From Planctomycetota bacterium (GTDB lineage Bacteria > Planctomycetota > GCA-002687715 > DRQF01), in the NCBI GenBank assembly GCA_027001995.1, contig JALTLO010000158.1, forward strand, positions 1 to 30,099: a DNA stretch of 30,099 nt, read 5' to 3'. Both the position numbers and the translations under genes were made by a program. The notes under the pieces were generated by a model, which was given only the letters and a program-made list of their open reading frames with translations, ran no database searches and was not told the origin of the DNA. This document shows positions 1 to 9,017 of this stretch, in pieces. Positions within the stretch are counted from its first letter, which is position 1. Every line of letters begins with the position of its first letter.

Positions 1-826
1 GGTCTAGCAGACGATAGACGCGTTTGCAGATTTTCTGTATTTGAATCAAGGTTTCCTCAGGTATACCGGTGGCTTCGCTATTCTTGATCTCTCTTTGTTT
101 TTGGTATTCGATGTCGAATTTGACTCTCGCGGTGGCGATGCGAGACATTCCTCCGGTCATGTTGCCAAATTGCAACTCCCAAACGGGGAACACTTGAAGA
201 CGCTTGTTGCCAACGACGCCCACATAGAGCTCTCGGCCTTCAATGAATGATTCAGCAATAGCGTCTGTGCCAATTTTCTTGTGGATGAACTCCACTCTTT
301 CTGCCAGCGCCTCATCTGTGCTCACGATACTGGCCTGGGATATTCCGGCGGAGGCTTGCTCAATCAGGGATTTAACGATGACGGGAAACTGAAGTCTCTT
401 TGGCCTCCTGACCCGCAATCCGCGGCGGAAAACGGCGAAGTCAGGGACGGCGATGCGGTGATAGAGCATGAGCTTTTTTGACAGAGCCTTGTCCCGAGCG
501 AGAATGAGGCCCCTTGGGTTGCAGCCAGTGTAAGGGATGCCCATCAACTCAAGATAGCTCACGACGTTTTGGTCGAAGAGGATTTCGCCATCAAATTCGT
601 CCAAGAGGTTAAAGGCGATGTGCGGATTGAATTTTTCGATGGCCTCCCGAATGGGAGCGAGCTCATTGCTCATTCCCAGAACTTTGACGCGATGACCAAG
701 CTCATGGAGGGTCTTGAGGACGTCATAGTCCATCTTCCATGGTGCTCTTTCGATTTCTTCATCACAGGGGTTTTCTGGTGGCACCAGACTTTCGTGTGTG
801 ATTGCCAGAACGCGTAGTTTTCTCAT
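1..826 (-). CDS. D-alanine--D-alanine ligase-family ATP-grasp protein (3' end runs off the window)
   Basis: Not in the ORF track. Manual translation from ATG at 826: [20 protein letters not shown]...FNLLDEFDG...SYLELMGIPYTGCNPRGLILARDKALSKKLM...FPVIVKSLIEQASAGIS...ESFIEGRELYVGVVGN, typical Ddl-like ATP-grasp motifs. Open to the window edge. ATG overlaps the upstream TGA (ATGA). Confidence 0.85.
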   Translation of the reverse strand, partial: MRKLRVLAITHESLVPPENPCDEEIERAPWKMDYDVLKTLHELGHRVKVLGMSNELAPIREAIEKFNPHIAFNLLDEFDGEILFDQNVVSYLELMGIPYTGCNPRGLILARDKALSKKLMLYHRIAVPDFAVFRRGLRVRRPKRLQFPVIVKSLIEQASAGISQASIVSTDEALAERVEFIHKKIGTDAIAESFIEGRELYVGVVGNKRLQVFPVWELQFGNMTGGMSRIATARVKFDIEYQKQREIKNSEATGIPEETLIQIQKICKRVYRLLD

Positions 827-1869
827 AAGGAAAAGTGGTGCCTTCCTTCTTGGACGAAGTTCATCGTCTGCACGGTGAGCAGAACCGTAAAGTCTGGGAT
901 TGAGTCAACCTCATCTCCTTCCAACCTGAGTCCCAACTCTTTGCAACGGCTTGCCATGTCATCGACGACTAACTTGATGGCGTAGCGATAGACACCGGTC
1001 CAACGGCCGACTTTGGAGCCGATTTTGGATCGATTGCGACGAATAAACTTGGCTGCGGGCATGAGCGTGGTGTCGTCTCGGTCACCAGAAAACAAACGGC
1101 GTAAGTCGCGATCATAAAACCGTGGGTAGTCGATGGCGTAGCGCTCTCGCTTTTCTTGGTAGTGTTCGCCTAAGGTCTTCTCGATGCTATTGAGTGGGTC
1201 CACCTCTCCTTCGAATTCAACCAGGGGTTTCGACCCTGCCAGACTCTTCATGAGTTCTTCGACGTAGTTGAGTTTCTTGAGGGCAATCCACCCTTGGTAT
1301 CGACGTCGCCATGGGAAGTTGGGAGTGAGCCAGACGGCAAAGGTCTCAGCAAAGTCTTCATCTGGGTGACTTTGAGCGTACCAGGAATCTAAGTGCAGAA
1401 CATAGCTCTTGCTGTGGGGTCTGGGTGAATAGGTTTCTGGATACACCGCTGATGAAACACCGAATAATTCTTGGCGTTTCTTGCGACGTTTAAGTCTCCA
1501 GGCGTGATCCACAACATGGCCGATCTCATGACGCAGGATGCGGAGGCATTCCACCTGTGTCCCACCTTCGACTTCAAGCATTTGTGTTTTTTCGAGCTTT
1601 TCTAACCTTGGATGTGCCAAATAAAAAGGAATGGCCATCCCCGGGACTTTCAGGGGAGAAAACCACTCGTCGGAGAGCCAATAGTGGGGCTGGATGTGGA
1701 GTTGCTTACGCTCGAGCTCCCGGTAGACTCGGTCGACCCACTTTTGCACCCTTGGTTGCAATGAATCGATACCTAACTCGCACATAGGCAATTTGAGCAG
1801 CTGCTCATCGGTCCAGGATTCCCAGGGGAATGACCGATTTCGTTTAGTCGATGATCGTTGTGTCGTCAT
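823..1869 (-). CDS. putative zinc-binding metallopeptidase (Peptidase_Mx-like)
   Basis: 348 aa. HExxH motif ([11 protein letters not shown]) and downstream [15 protein letters not shown] motif characteristic of this family. Confidence 0.8.
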   Translation of the reverse strand: MTTQRSSTKRNRSFPWESWTDEQLLKLPMCELGIDSLQPRVQKWVDRVYRELERKQLHIQPHYWLSDEWFSPLKVPGMAIPFYLAHPRLEKLEKTQMLEVEGGTQVECLRILRHEIGHVVDHAWRLKRRKKRQELFGVSSAVYPETYSPRPHSKSYVLHLDSWYAQSHPDEDFAETFAVWLTPNFPWRRRYQGWIALKKLNYVEELMKSLAGSKPLVEFEGEVDPLNSIEKTLGEHYQEKRERYAIDYPRFYDRDLRRLFSGDRDDTTLMPAAKFIRRNRSKIGSKVGRWTGVYRYAIKLVVDDMASRCKELGLRLEGDEVDSIPDFTVLLTVQTMNFVQEGRHHFSL

Positions 1870-1889
1870 TGGGGCTATTGTTGCATCCT

Positions 1890-2513
1890 ATGGCAACAGA
1901 GTCTACAGATACTCTTGATGGCTTTGATTTTGGCGATGTTCCAGAAGTTCATGGGATGTTGGCATCCTCAGTTTTTGCTATGAATTGCTTACACGATTCC
2001 TTGGAGAAAAATTGGATGTTCGAACGTGCCCTGCAAGATCGCTATCGTGTCCTTTTCGCAGGATTCTCCGATTCTGAAGTTGGTGGACGGTGGGCTGAAG
2101 AATATGGCTCAGACTTTCAGTTTCACGTTGACGCTTTGATTTTGAATTTTGCGGCTGATCTGGCGGTTGATCCCAAAGAGGTGAATCAAGAGACAGTTCG
2201 TGTCATCTTGGAGGATGCTTTTCCGGCTCGCCTGGGGAATCGTCCCAAGGCCGCGGCTCTGCTTCCGGATCTTGTCTTAGACTTCCTGCTTTTCTTGTGC
2301 AGTGATGTGGGCATCGCCATGGAATGGGAATTCCGCGTAGCTGTAGACGCCTCTCGTGAGAGATTTCTTGATTTGATGAAAGAAGACGGTCGTGGGCGGC
2401 TCATGGCGCCCAAAACGACGCCCCACAAACGGGCCGCAGGCAAGATTGGACGAAACGACCCTTGTCCCTGTGGAAGCGGAAAGAAGTACAAGAAATGTTG
2501 CGCTCGGATGTGA
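1890..2513 (+). CDS. SEC-C metal-binding motif protein
   Basis: C-terminal [20 protein letters not shown]. Start moved to ATG 1890 to avoid overlap with the divergent gene; true start uncertain. Confidence 0.75.
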   Translation: MATESTDTLDGFDFGDVPEVHGMLASSVFAMNCLHDSLEKNWMFERALQDRYRVLFAGFSDSEVGGRWAEEYGSDFQFHVDALILNFAADLAVDPKEVNQETVRVILEDAFPARLGNRPKAAALLPDLVLDFLLFLCSDVGIAMEWEFRVAVDASRERFLDLMKEDGRGRLMAPKTTPHKRAAGKIGRNDPCPCGSGKKYKKCCARM

Positions 2514-2640
2514 TTGCGCCCAACAATCCAGGGCTCCGCGGCGGCACATGGATGAACAATATAGGCAAGGGCTGCTGGGCTGACTTGCGAGACTTGTCAA
2601 AATAGAAATCGAATTGGAATCATTGAGAGAATAGAACTTC

Positions 2641-4437
2641 ATGGCATTGCTGAATGTGAAAAACCTTCACCATTCCTATGGTGGGCCCACCCTCTTGGAT
2701 GGCGTCGATCTTCAAGTCGAATTGGGGGAGAGGATTGGGCTCATCGGTCGCAACGGCTGCGGCAAGTCAACACTGATGAAGATCATTCAAGGACATGTGG
2801 TTCCTGAGTCTGGGGAGATGAGCAAGCAACGGGACATTCGTGTTCGCTCTTTGGGCCAAGATGTCCCTTCTGACCTCCAAGGGTCGGTGGAGTCTTACTT
2901 AAGATCGTCTGCATTGGAAGATCGAGAACTCGCCGACTGGGAACTTAAAGAAGCGATTTCTCACCAGGCGAAGGAGCTTCGGCTGAATCCTTCGGACTGT
3001 GCTCAATCCCTGTCCGCAGGTTCGAAACGAAGGTTACTATTGGCTGGTGCTCTCATTTCGAACCCTGACATACTTCTCCTCGATGAACCGACAAACCATC
3101 TCGACATGGAAGCGATACAACGTTTGGAAAAGCAGTTGCTGCGCTACAGTGGGAGTGTTCTTTTCGTTACTCATGACCGGGAATTTTTGCGCAAAATTTC
3201 TACTCGAATCATTGACTTGGATCGGGGTGAACTACGAAGCTACGACTGTGACTATGACACCTATTTGATCCGTAAATCCGCCGAGCTTGAGGTTGAAGAA
3301 AACGAGCGCGCTCAGTTCGACAAGAAACTGGCAAAAGAAGAGAGCTGGATCCGGCGCGGTGTACAAGGGCGACGAGCCCGAAATATGGGGCGAGTACGCG
3401 CCTTGCAAGAGATGCGACAAGACAAACGAGATCGCAGGGATCGTACGGACAAAGTGAAGGCCAAAGTTCAGGTCAGCGGCAATAGTGGGCGCCTTGTTTT
3501 GAAGGCTTCGAATATTTCCCACGCCTACGGTGAGAAGACAATTATTCGTGATTTCGGAATCACTTTGATGCGTGGCGACAGGGTCGGGATTATCGGCCCT
3601 AATGGCTGTGGCAAGACAACACTGATTAAGATCCTCTTGGGGGAACTCAAAGCAGATTCCGGTGAGATTCGCCATGGTACAAAATTGGATGTCGCTCATT
3701 TTGATCAACTCCATGGTGAACTGGACCCCGCGTTGACAGTTATGGAGAATGTCGGCGAGGGCTCGGACAAGATTATCGTTAATGGGGAGCCCCGTCATGT
3801 GATTGGCTACCTAGGTGATTTCCTTTTTACTCCCGAACAGGTTCGAGGTGGAATTACAAAACTGTCTGGCGGCGAAAGGAATCGTTTACAACTGGCGCGA
3901 ATTCTGGCGAAACCTTGCAACCTCCTCATTCTCGATGAGCCTACGAATGATCTCGATGTGGAAACTTTGGAGATTCTCGAAGACATTCTTTTCAATTTTC
4001 AGGGAACGATTCTGTTGGTTAGCCATGATCGCGCATTCTTGAACAACGTCGTGACCTCAACTTTGGTTTACCAGTCCGAAGGGCGCTGGAAAGAATTTGA
4101 CGGGGGCTATGACGATTGGCAGCGGCAAATCAAAGATGAACAGACAAAGAAATCCACTGCACCTCAGGTGGAAAAATCGAAGAAAGGCAAGCCCAAGAGT
4201 GAGAAGGCTCGTCGATTGTCCTTCAAAGAGAAAAACGAGCTGGAACAACTACCGGATCGGATTGATAAACTGGAGAGCGAAAAGGATGGCTTGATGCAAT
4301 TGATGGCATCGGCTGATTTCTATCGCCAACCCAAAGAAACGATCCGTGCGGCGAACGAGGATCTCGAAAAGACCACAAATGAGATTGACTTGCTGATGGA
4401 AAGGTGGGCGGAGCTTGAGGCAATCGCCAACGACTGA
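2641..4437 (+). CDS. uup: ABC-F family ATPase, Uup-type
   Basis: 598 aa with two ABC cassettes (GRNGCGKS/LLDEPTNHLD; GPNGCGKT/LSGGE/LDEPTNDLD), linker EESWIRRGVQGRRARNMGRVRAL, C-terminal coiled coil (LSFKEKNELEQLP), no TM segments. Confidence 0.9.
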   Translation: MALLNVKNLHHSYGGPTLLDGVDLQVELGERIGLIGRNGCGKSTLMKIIQGHVVPESGEMSKQRDIRVRSLGQDVPSDLQGSVESYLRSSALEDRELADWELKEAISHQAKELRLNPSDCAQSLSAGSKRRLLLAGALISNPDILLLDEPTNHLDMEAIQRLEKQLLRYSGSVLFVTHDREFLRKISTRIIDLDRGELRSYDCDYDTYLIRKSAELEVEENERAQFDKKLAKEESWIRRGVQGRRARNMGRVRALQEMRQDKRDRRDRTDKVKAKVQVSGNSGRLVLKASNISHAYGEKTIIRDFGITLMRGDRVGIIGPNGCGKTTLIKILLGELKADSGEIRHGTKLDVAHFDQLHGELDPALTVMENVGEGSDKIIVNGEPRHVIGYLGDFLFTPEQVRGGITKLSGGERNRLQLARILAKPCNLLILDEPTNDLDVETLEILEDILFNFQGTILLVSHDRAFLNNVVTSTLVYQSEGRWKEFDGGYDDWQRQIKDEQTKKSTAPQVEKSKKGKPKSEKARRLSFKEKNELEQLPDRIDKLESEKDGLMQLMASADFYRQPKETIRAANEDLEKTTNEIDLLMERWAELEAIAND

Positions 4438-4489
4438 ATGTGAGTACAGTCTTCAGTCAGATTCGCCAGTGTGGTCTCTAATTTTCTGA

Positions 4490-5752
4490 TTAGACGGGGA
4501 GGTAGTTGGCAACCTGAACCTGGTTGCGCCCATTTTCCTTGGCATGGTAGAGCATTTTGTCAGCTTCCATGAGAAGACCATGAATATCAAGGTCTGGGGC
4601 GTCTGAGACCCCGATACTCAATCGCAATGGGATATTTTGGCCTTCGAAATCGAAACGAATCGCTTCAACCCGTTGACGAAATCCTTCGAAAACGTCTTCG
4701 ACAGATTCGGAGTCGGCATCCACTACCACGACACAGAATTCCTCGCCACCGACACGGGCCAGAGCATCTGATTCCCCCAGTTGGTCGTCAAGGACGTCGG
4801 CAACCATCTTCAGGGCCTGGTCACCAGCGTCGTGGCCATACGTGTCGTTGACGGCTTTGAAATGATCGATATCAAGCATGCCAACCGCAATTGAAATCTC
4901 CCCCTTGTCACGTCGGGCGAACAACTCATCGGCAATGTCAAAGAAATGGCGCCGGTTGTAGAGTCCTGTGAGGTAATCTCTGGTAGCCGCGTTTGTAAGT
5001 GCGGTCATGTGTTCAACGAGCGTGATGTTTTGGGACACACGGCAATAGAATTCTTCGCGATAGAAAGGCTTGTGAATGAAATCGTTGGCGCCCGCTTTGA
5101 GCAAGCGCGCTGACAGCGTCTCGTCGTTGCTTGCCGACAGGCCAATGATCGACAAAGTGTCTTTATTCGCAAATGTTCGAGCTGCACGGATCAGCTGTGC
5201 GCCGTTCATGTTGGGCATCTCGTAGTCTGTTACCAACAGGCTAATGTCCGGATTCTCTTTCAAAAATTGCAGAGCTTCAGCGCCGTCTCTTGCCTCGAAG
5301 ACTTGTAATTGAAATTCCCTTAACATGTTGGCAATCATAGTCCGTGTTACTGAAGAGTCTTCTGCGACAAGCACTTTGACTGCGTGGTTATTCACCATTC
5401 GATTCACCAACTCGACGAGGAAATCGATGCTTGCAGGCCCGTCCTTCACGACGTAGTCCAGAACCTTCCAAGCCAAGATTTCCTTGCGTCTTGCTGAATT
5501 GAAGGAAGACGTAATGACAACGGTGGGGATGCCAGCATTCAGGCACATAGAGATGGCTTCTCCGTTTTCAGCCCCTGGCATTACGATGTTGACGAGGGCG
5601 ATGGTGAACTCGCTATTGCACTCTTTGATGGCGCATTGTACGTCCTCATAGTCATAGCAGATGACAATCCAAGCGTTGAGTTGGCGGTGCAATTGGTTGG
5701 CAATGACTTTCGCTTGGACGCCCGAGTCCTCGGCCAGCAGAATCTTCATCAT
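4490..5752 (-). CDS. response-regulator diguanylate cyclase (REC-REC-GGEEF)
   Basis: Two receiver domains (KILLAEDS; KVLVAEDS...VTDYEMP) followed by DYLTGLYNRR, DIDHFKAVNDTYGH and RVGGEEF. ATG 5752 is preceded by AAGAGGA. Confidence 0.92.
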   Translation of the reverse strand: MMKILLAEDSGVQAKVIANQLHRQLNAWIVICYDYEDVQCAIKECNSEFTIALVNIVMPGAENGEAISMCLNAGIPTVVITSSFNSARRKEILAWKVLDYVVKDGPASIDFLVELVNRMVNNHAVKVLVAEDSSVTRTMIANMLREFQLQVFEARDGAEALQFLKENPDISLLVTDYEMPNMNGAQLIRAARTFANKDTLSIIGLSASNDETLSARLLKAGANDFIHKPFYREEFYCRVSQNITLVEHMTALTNAATRDYLTGLYNRRHFFDIADELFARRDKGEISIAVGMLDIDHFKAVNDTYGHDAGDQALKMVADVLDDQLGESDALARVGGEEFCVVVVDADSESVEDVFEGFRQRVEAIRFDFEGQNIPLRLSIGVSDAPDLDIHGLLMEADKMLYHAKENGRNQVQVANYLPV

Positions 5753-6098
5753 GAAAACAGGTTTCCTCTTATTCCTGGGGCAAGTCTGTGGCTCAAAGCC
5801 GGCGTCCTGGCCTAATTGGTGAGGACTTTGCAACAACCCTTAACGAGCGCTGACAACGTATCGTCAAAAGAACATATTAAGGATAGATAAACTGGGATGC
5901 ATAAGAATGCACAACGTTTTGAAGAAAGTACTCGGTTGGATTCGCCAGTTTTCTTCAACTTAGGGCAATATCATGTGACCCACACCCCAGAACAATTGTG
6001 AAAAGGTGTAGTCAAAGCCGTCGTTGAGGTTTACGCTACTCCTGTCGTTGAAAGTACAGTCGAATGCCATGTTATCCCCCAACCATCATGGACGACGA

Positions 6099-6881
6099 AT
6101 GAAATATCTAAATGCAATCTTGCTTATGCTGCTTTGGGCAACTCCGGCTCTCCCGGCCCAGGAAGAGATTGTCACTCCTTCTTGGTCGCCGAAGGCTATG
6201 GCTGAGGTGGGCCCGGAATTGTCGAAGGGCGTAGCTTCGACGGCGAAAAAGGTCTTCGTTGCGAAATTCAAGAAAGCCAAATCGGTTGAGACCAAATTGG
6301 CTCTTATTGCTGACCTGCGAAAGACTGGGATCAGTGCCGTTTTTCTCAAGGATCTTTGCAAAATTGCAGAGCGGGAGAAGGACTTTCGAGTTCGTAGAGG
6401 GGCGGTCGAGCTCCTGGGAGCGATCGGGAGCAAGAAAGCCGTAAAATGTCTGATTCGGGTACTCAAGGCCAAGAAGAACCACGATGAAATGGAATTGCTC
6501 AGTGCCGCCGGGGAGGCATTAGGGAAGTGTGTGGTTGGCTCTTGTTTTAAGAGTGTCGAGAACGATTTTGAAAAGGGGCACGTGGACGCCAAGCGGGGCT
6601 TCATTCTTGCTTGGGGATTCTCTAAAGACTGGAAAGCCATCAAACTTCTTGGGGAATGGATTGAACCTCCCTCGCCTGCGAACGCTTCTTCACCTGGGAA
6701 TCCCCCCGCAGACTATTGGCGAAGGCGCCATAGTGAATGGCGTCAAGTCAAACGTCAGGTCGAATGGGCCCTTTGGTCCATCACGGGGAAAGTGTTCTTG
6801 ACGAAGAAGGAAGTCCTTGAATTTTACAAGAAGAACCCCAAACCGCCGAAAAAGAAACCCAAGAAGAAAAAACGTCCGTGA
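6099..6881 (+). CDS. secreted HEAT-repeat protein with Lys-rich C-terminal tail
   Basis: Signal peptide MKYLNAILLMLLWATPALPA-QEE; HEAT-like units (VRRGAVELLGAIGSKKAVKCLIRVL; AAGEALGK); tail KKNPKPPKKKPKKKKRP. Confidence 0.7.
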   Translation: MKYLNAILLMLLWATPALPAQEEIVTPSWSPKAMAEVGPELSKGVASTAKKVFVAKFKKAKSVETKLALIADLRKTGISAVFLKDLCKIAEREKDFRVRRGAVELLGAIGSKKAVKCLIRVLKAKKNHDEMELLSAAGEALGKCVVGSCFKSVENDFEKGHVDAKRGFILAWGFSKDWKAIKLLGEWIEPPSPANASSPGNPPADYWRRRHSEWRQVKRQVEWALWSITGKVFLTKKEVLEFYKKNPKPPKKKPKKKKRP

Positions 6882-6903
6882 GGATCAGGGATCGATGAGG
6901 GAA

Positions 6904-6931
6904 GAGGGAGGACTTCCGGGGATCCTCCCTC
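6904..6931. terminator. hairpin between convergent genes, possible bidirectional terminator
   Basis: GAGGGAGGA-N10-TCCTCCCTC, a perfect 9-bp inverted repeat between stops at 6881 and 6946; no strong U-tract. Confidence 0.5.
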
Positions 6932-6945
6932 CATGGACGTTTGTG

Positions 6946-7320
6946 TTATTCAGAACTGCCAGCGAGAATCTTAAGAAGATCGGTGACGGTAATGATGCCC
7001 TTGAGGGACCCATTCTCCATAATTGGCAAACAGCCAATATTGTTACCACGCATCAAATCTGCAGCAGTATGAAGAGAATCGGATGTGTTCGCCGTGACCA
7101 GGTCTCGCACCATAAAGTCGTCAACGGTCTTGTCCTTGCGAATCTCTTCGCCATGGGGGCCGCCCAAGTCACGTTCTGACACGATGCCAACCTTGCCGAC
7201 GTCATCAATAACGATCAGGTGATGGCAACACTTCATTTTCATGAGAAGCCAAGCTGCCTCTGCGGTTTCTTTGCTGGAGGTTGTCACAATGTCAGTTTTC
7301 ATGATGCTGTCGAGGCGCAT
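6946..7320 (-). CDS. CBS-domain (Bateman pair) protein
   Basis: 124 aa with two CBS repeats (HHLIVID..VGIVSERDL; IGCLPIM..LKGIITVTDLL); GGAG SD upstream. Confidence 0.9.
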   Translation of the reverse strand: MRLDSIMKTDIVTTSSKETAEAAWLLMKMKCCHHLIVIDDVGKVGIVSERDLGGPHGEEIRKDKTVDDFMVRDLVTANTSDSLHTAADLMRGNNIGCLPIMENGSLKGIITVTDLLKILAGSSE

Positions 7321-7482
7321 GATTTTCTCCGGTTGTTGCCTGGGCTGATCGCCACCTTGTGGGCGCCAGTGATGGCAAAGATTTGAAACTTCACTTCAGT
7401 CGCCATTCACGACCACGGCGGACATGAAAAGATCCTGTCTGAACAGGCTATGCTAGATGCACAAAGAGACAAGTTGTTCAGA

Positions 7483-7498
7483 AGCAAATCCAATGCCA
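7483..7498 (-). promoter_or_regulatory. sigma-54 (RpoN) -24/-12 promoter upstream of the CBS gene
   Basis: Minus strand reads TGGCATTGGATTTGCT, matching TGGCA-N6-TTGCW with exact GG-N10-GC spacing, intergenic and oriented toward the CBS gene. Confidence 0.65.
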
Positions 7499-7713
7499 TT
7501 ATTCCTCTGGTTTCCATGGGGAGGCTCAACGGGTCAGTGAACTGAAAAAAATAGGAACCCAGTGCGGTGGACTTCATGAGAGGTGGTCTGGCGAGAGAAA
7601 TTCTGGTCGTATCGATACTCGAAGAGATGACCAGATAAGGCGACTATCTTGATCTACAAGTGATGACCTGAGGGAAATCACGCACCCATGTGCCTTCTTG
7701 AGCCCCTTGACCC

Positions 7714-8307
7714 CTATGGGGTGTGTTTGGCCATTGTGAGGTGGTCGAAACTCCAGCTTTCAGGAGGTCTGTGAGGGGAGGTCATCAGGACAGTCATGGT
7801 TGGACGGCAAGACATGATCTCATTCACCAATTCTACGTACTCTAAGTCGAGCTCAGCGAAGGGCTCGTCCAGGAGCAAGAGTTGTGGTTCCAAGATAAGA
7901 GCGCGGGCAAGAGCGATGCGTTGACATTCGCCCCCTGAGATGGTTCTCAAATCTTGATTCAAGAATGATTGCAGTCGAAAGGATTCGATGGTCTCTTCGA
8001 CTCTTTTGAGACGGACATCCCGAGAGACTTTCCGACATTTTAAACCAAAGGACAAATTGTGGCGTAGCCCGCCTTTGAACAAGAATGGGGATTGCTCCAA
8101 GTAGACGATGTCTATGGCTGGGGCAGTGATGCGACAAGAACCTGACGTGGGTTGCTCCAGATTGGCGAGTACCCGAAGAAGAGTCGATTTCCCTGAACCG
8201 TTGGGGCCTGAAATCCAGCATCGATGACCGACGTCCAGATGAAAACGGTGAACGTGGCAAATGGATTTTCCCGCCTTTGACACATGGAGTTGATTGATGT
8301 CGATCAT
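7714..8307 (-). CDS. tupC: tungstate ABC transporter ATP-binding subunit
   Basis: Walker A GPNGSGKS, signature ISGGECQR, Walker B LLLLDEP; start overlaps the tupB stop. Confidence 0.75.
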   Translation of the reverse strand: MIDINQLHVSKAGKSICHVHRFHLDVGHRCWISGPNGSGKSTLLRVLANLEQPTSGSCRITAPAIDIVYLEQSPFLFKGGLRHNLSFGLKCRKVSRDVRLKRVEETIESFRLQSFLNQDLRTISGGECQRIALARALILEPQLLLLDEPFAELDLEYVELVNEIMSCRPTMTVLMTSPHRPPESWSFDHLTMAKHTP

Positions 8308-9011
8308 CGCGTCACTTCGCTGTTCTTTTTGCGGGTGAGAATGGCCAAGAATAAGGTGAAGGACAAGGACATGGAAAGTAGGATGATTCCCATAGCGATT
8401 CCTCGAGCAAATTCACCGCGACTGGTTTCCAAGGCAGTTGCAGTTGCCAAAGTACGAGTTCGGTTGGCGATGTTTCCGCCTACCATCACGGCAATCCCTA
8501 ACTCTGTGAGGCAACGAGCGAGGGCGGTGAAGATTCCCAACACCACACCGATGCGAGCTTCAGAGATTAAGGTAACTAGTTTTCTTATGGGCCCAGCTCC
8601 CAATGCCTGCGCTGTGTCAGCCACCCGGCGGTCTAAACTGCTGACTGCTCCTTGTGTCATTGAAAAAATGATGGGGAGGGCGAGAAGAAACTCACCGATG
8701 GCGATGGCTTGGGGTGAATAGAGTAACTGGAATTGACCCAAAGGACCTTGCCGCGAAAACATAGCAAAGCAAATCAACCCGACGAATACGGTTGGTATTC
8801 CCATGCCCGTGCGAAAGAAAATAACAATGATGTTCCGGCCCCAGAAATTCTTGTTGCCAACGATAGCCCCGAGAGGAAGACCAATGGCGGTTGCTAAAAG
8901 AACAGCACTCAAAGAGACTTGAAGTGTCAAGATGGCGGCTTTGACAATGGCAGGATCCCGTTGGATCGTGAGAGAAAAGGCATCATGTATTCCCTGCCAG
9001 ATCATGTCCAT
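8304..9011 (-). CDS. tupB: tungstate ABC transporter permease
   Basis: MGIPTVFVGL..SRQGPLG..LLY, ELGIAVMVGGNI..TRTLATATALETSRGEF: TupB-type motifs. Confidence 0.85.
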   Translation of the reverse strand: MDMIWQGIHDAFSLTIQRDPAIVKAAILTLQVSLSAVLLATAIGLPLGAIVGNKNFWGRNIIVIFFRTGMGIPTVFVGLICFAMFSRQGPLGQFQLLYSPQAIAIGEFLLALPIIFSMTQGAVSSLDRRVADTAQALGAGPIRKLVTLISEARIGVVLGIFTALARCLTELGIAVMVGGNIANRTRTLATATALETSRGEFARGIAMGIILLSMSLSFTLFLAILTRKKNSEVTR

Positions 9012-9017
9012 GGTAGT

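Noticed and set aside
41..817. Three + strand ORFs in the track (41-250, 281-481, 569-817).
   Set aside because: They are antisense shadows of the minus-strand ATP-grasp gene; the same applies to most short ORFs nested in long genes across the window.
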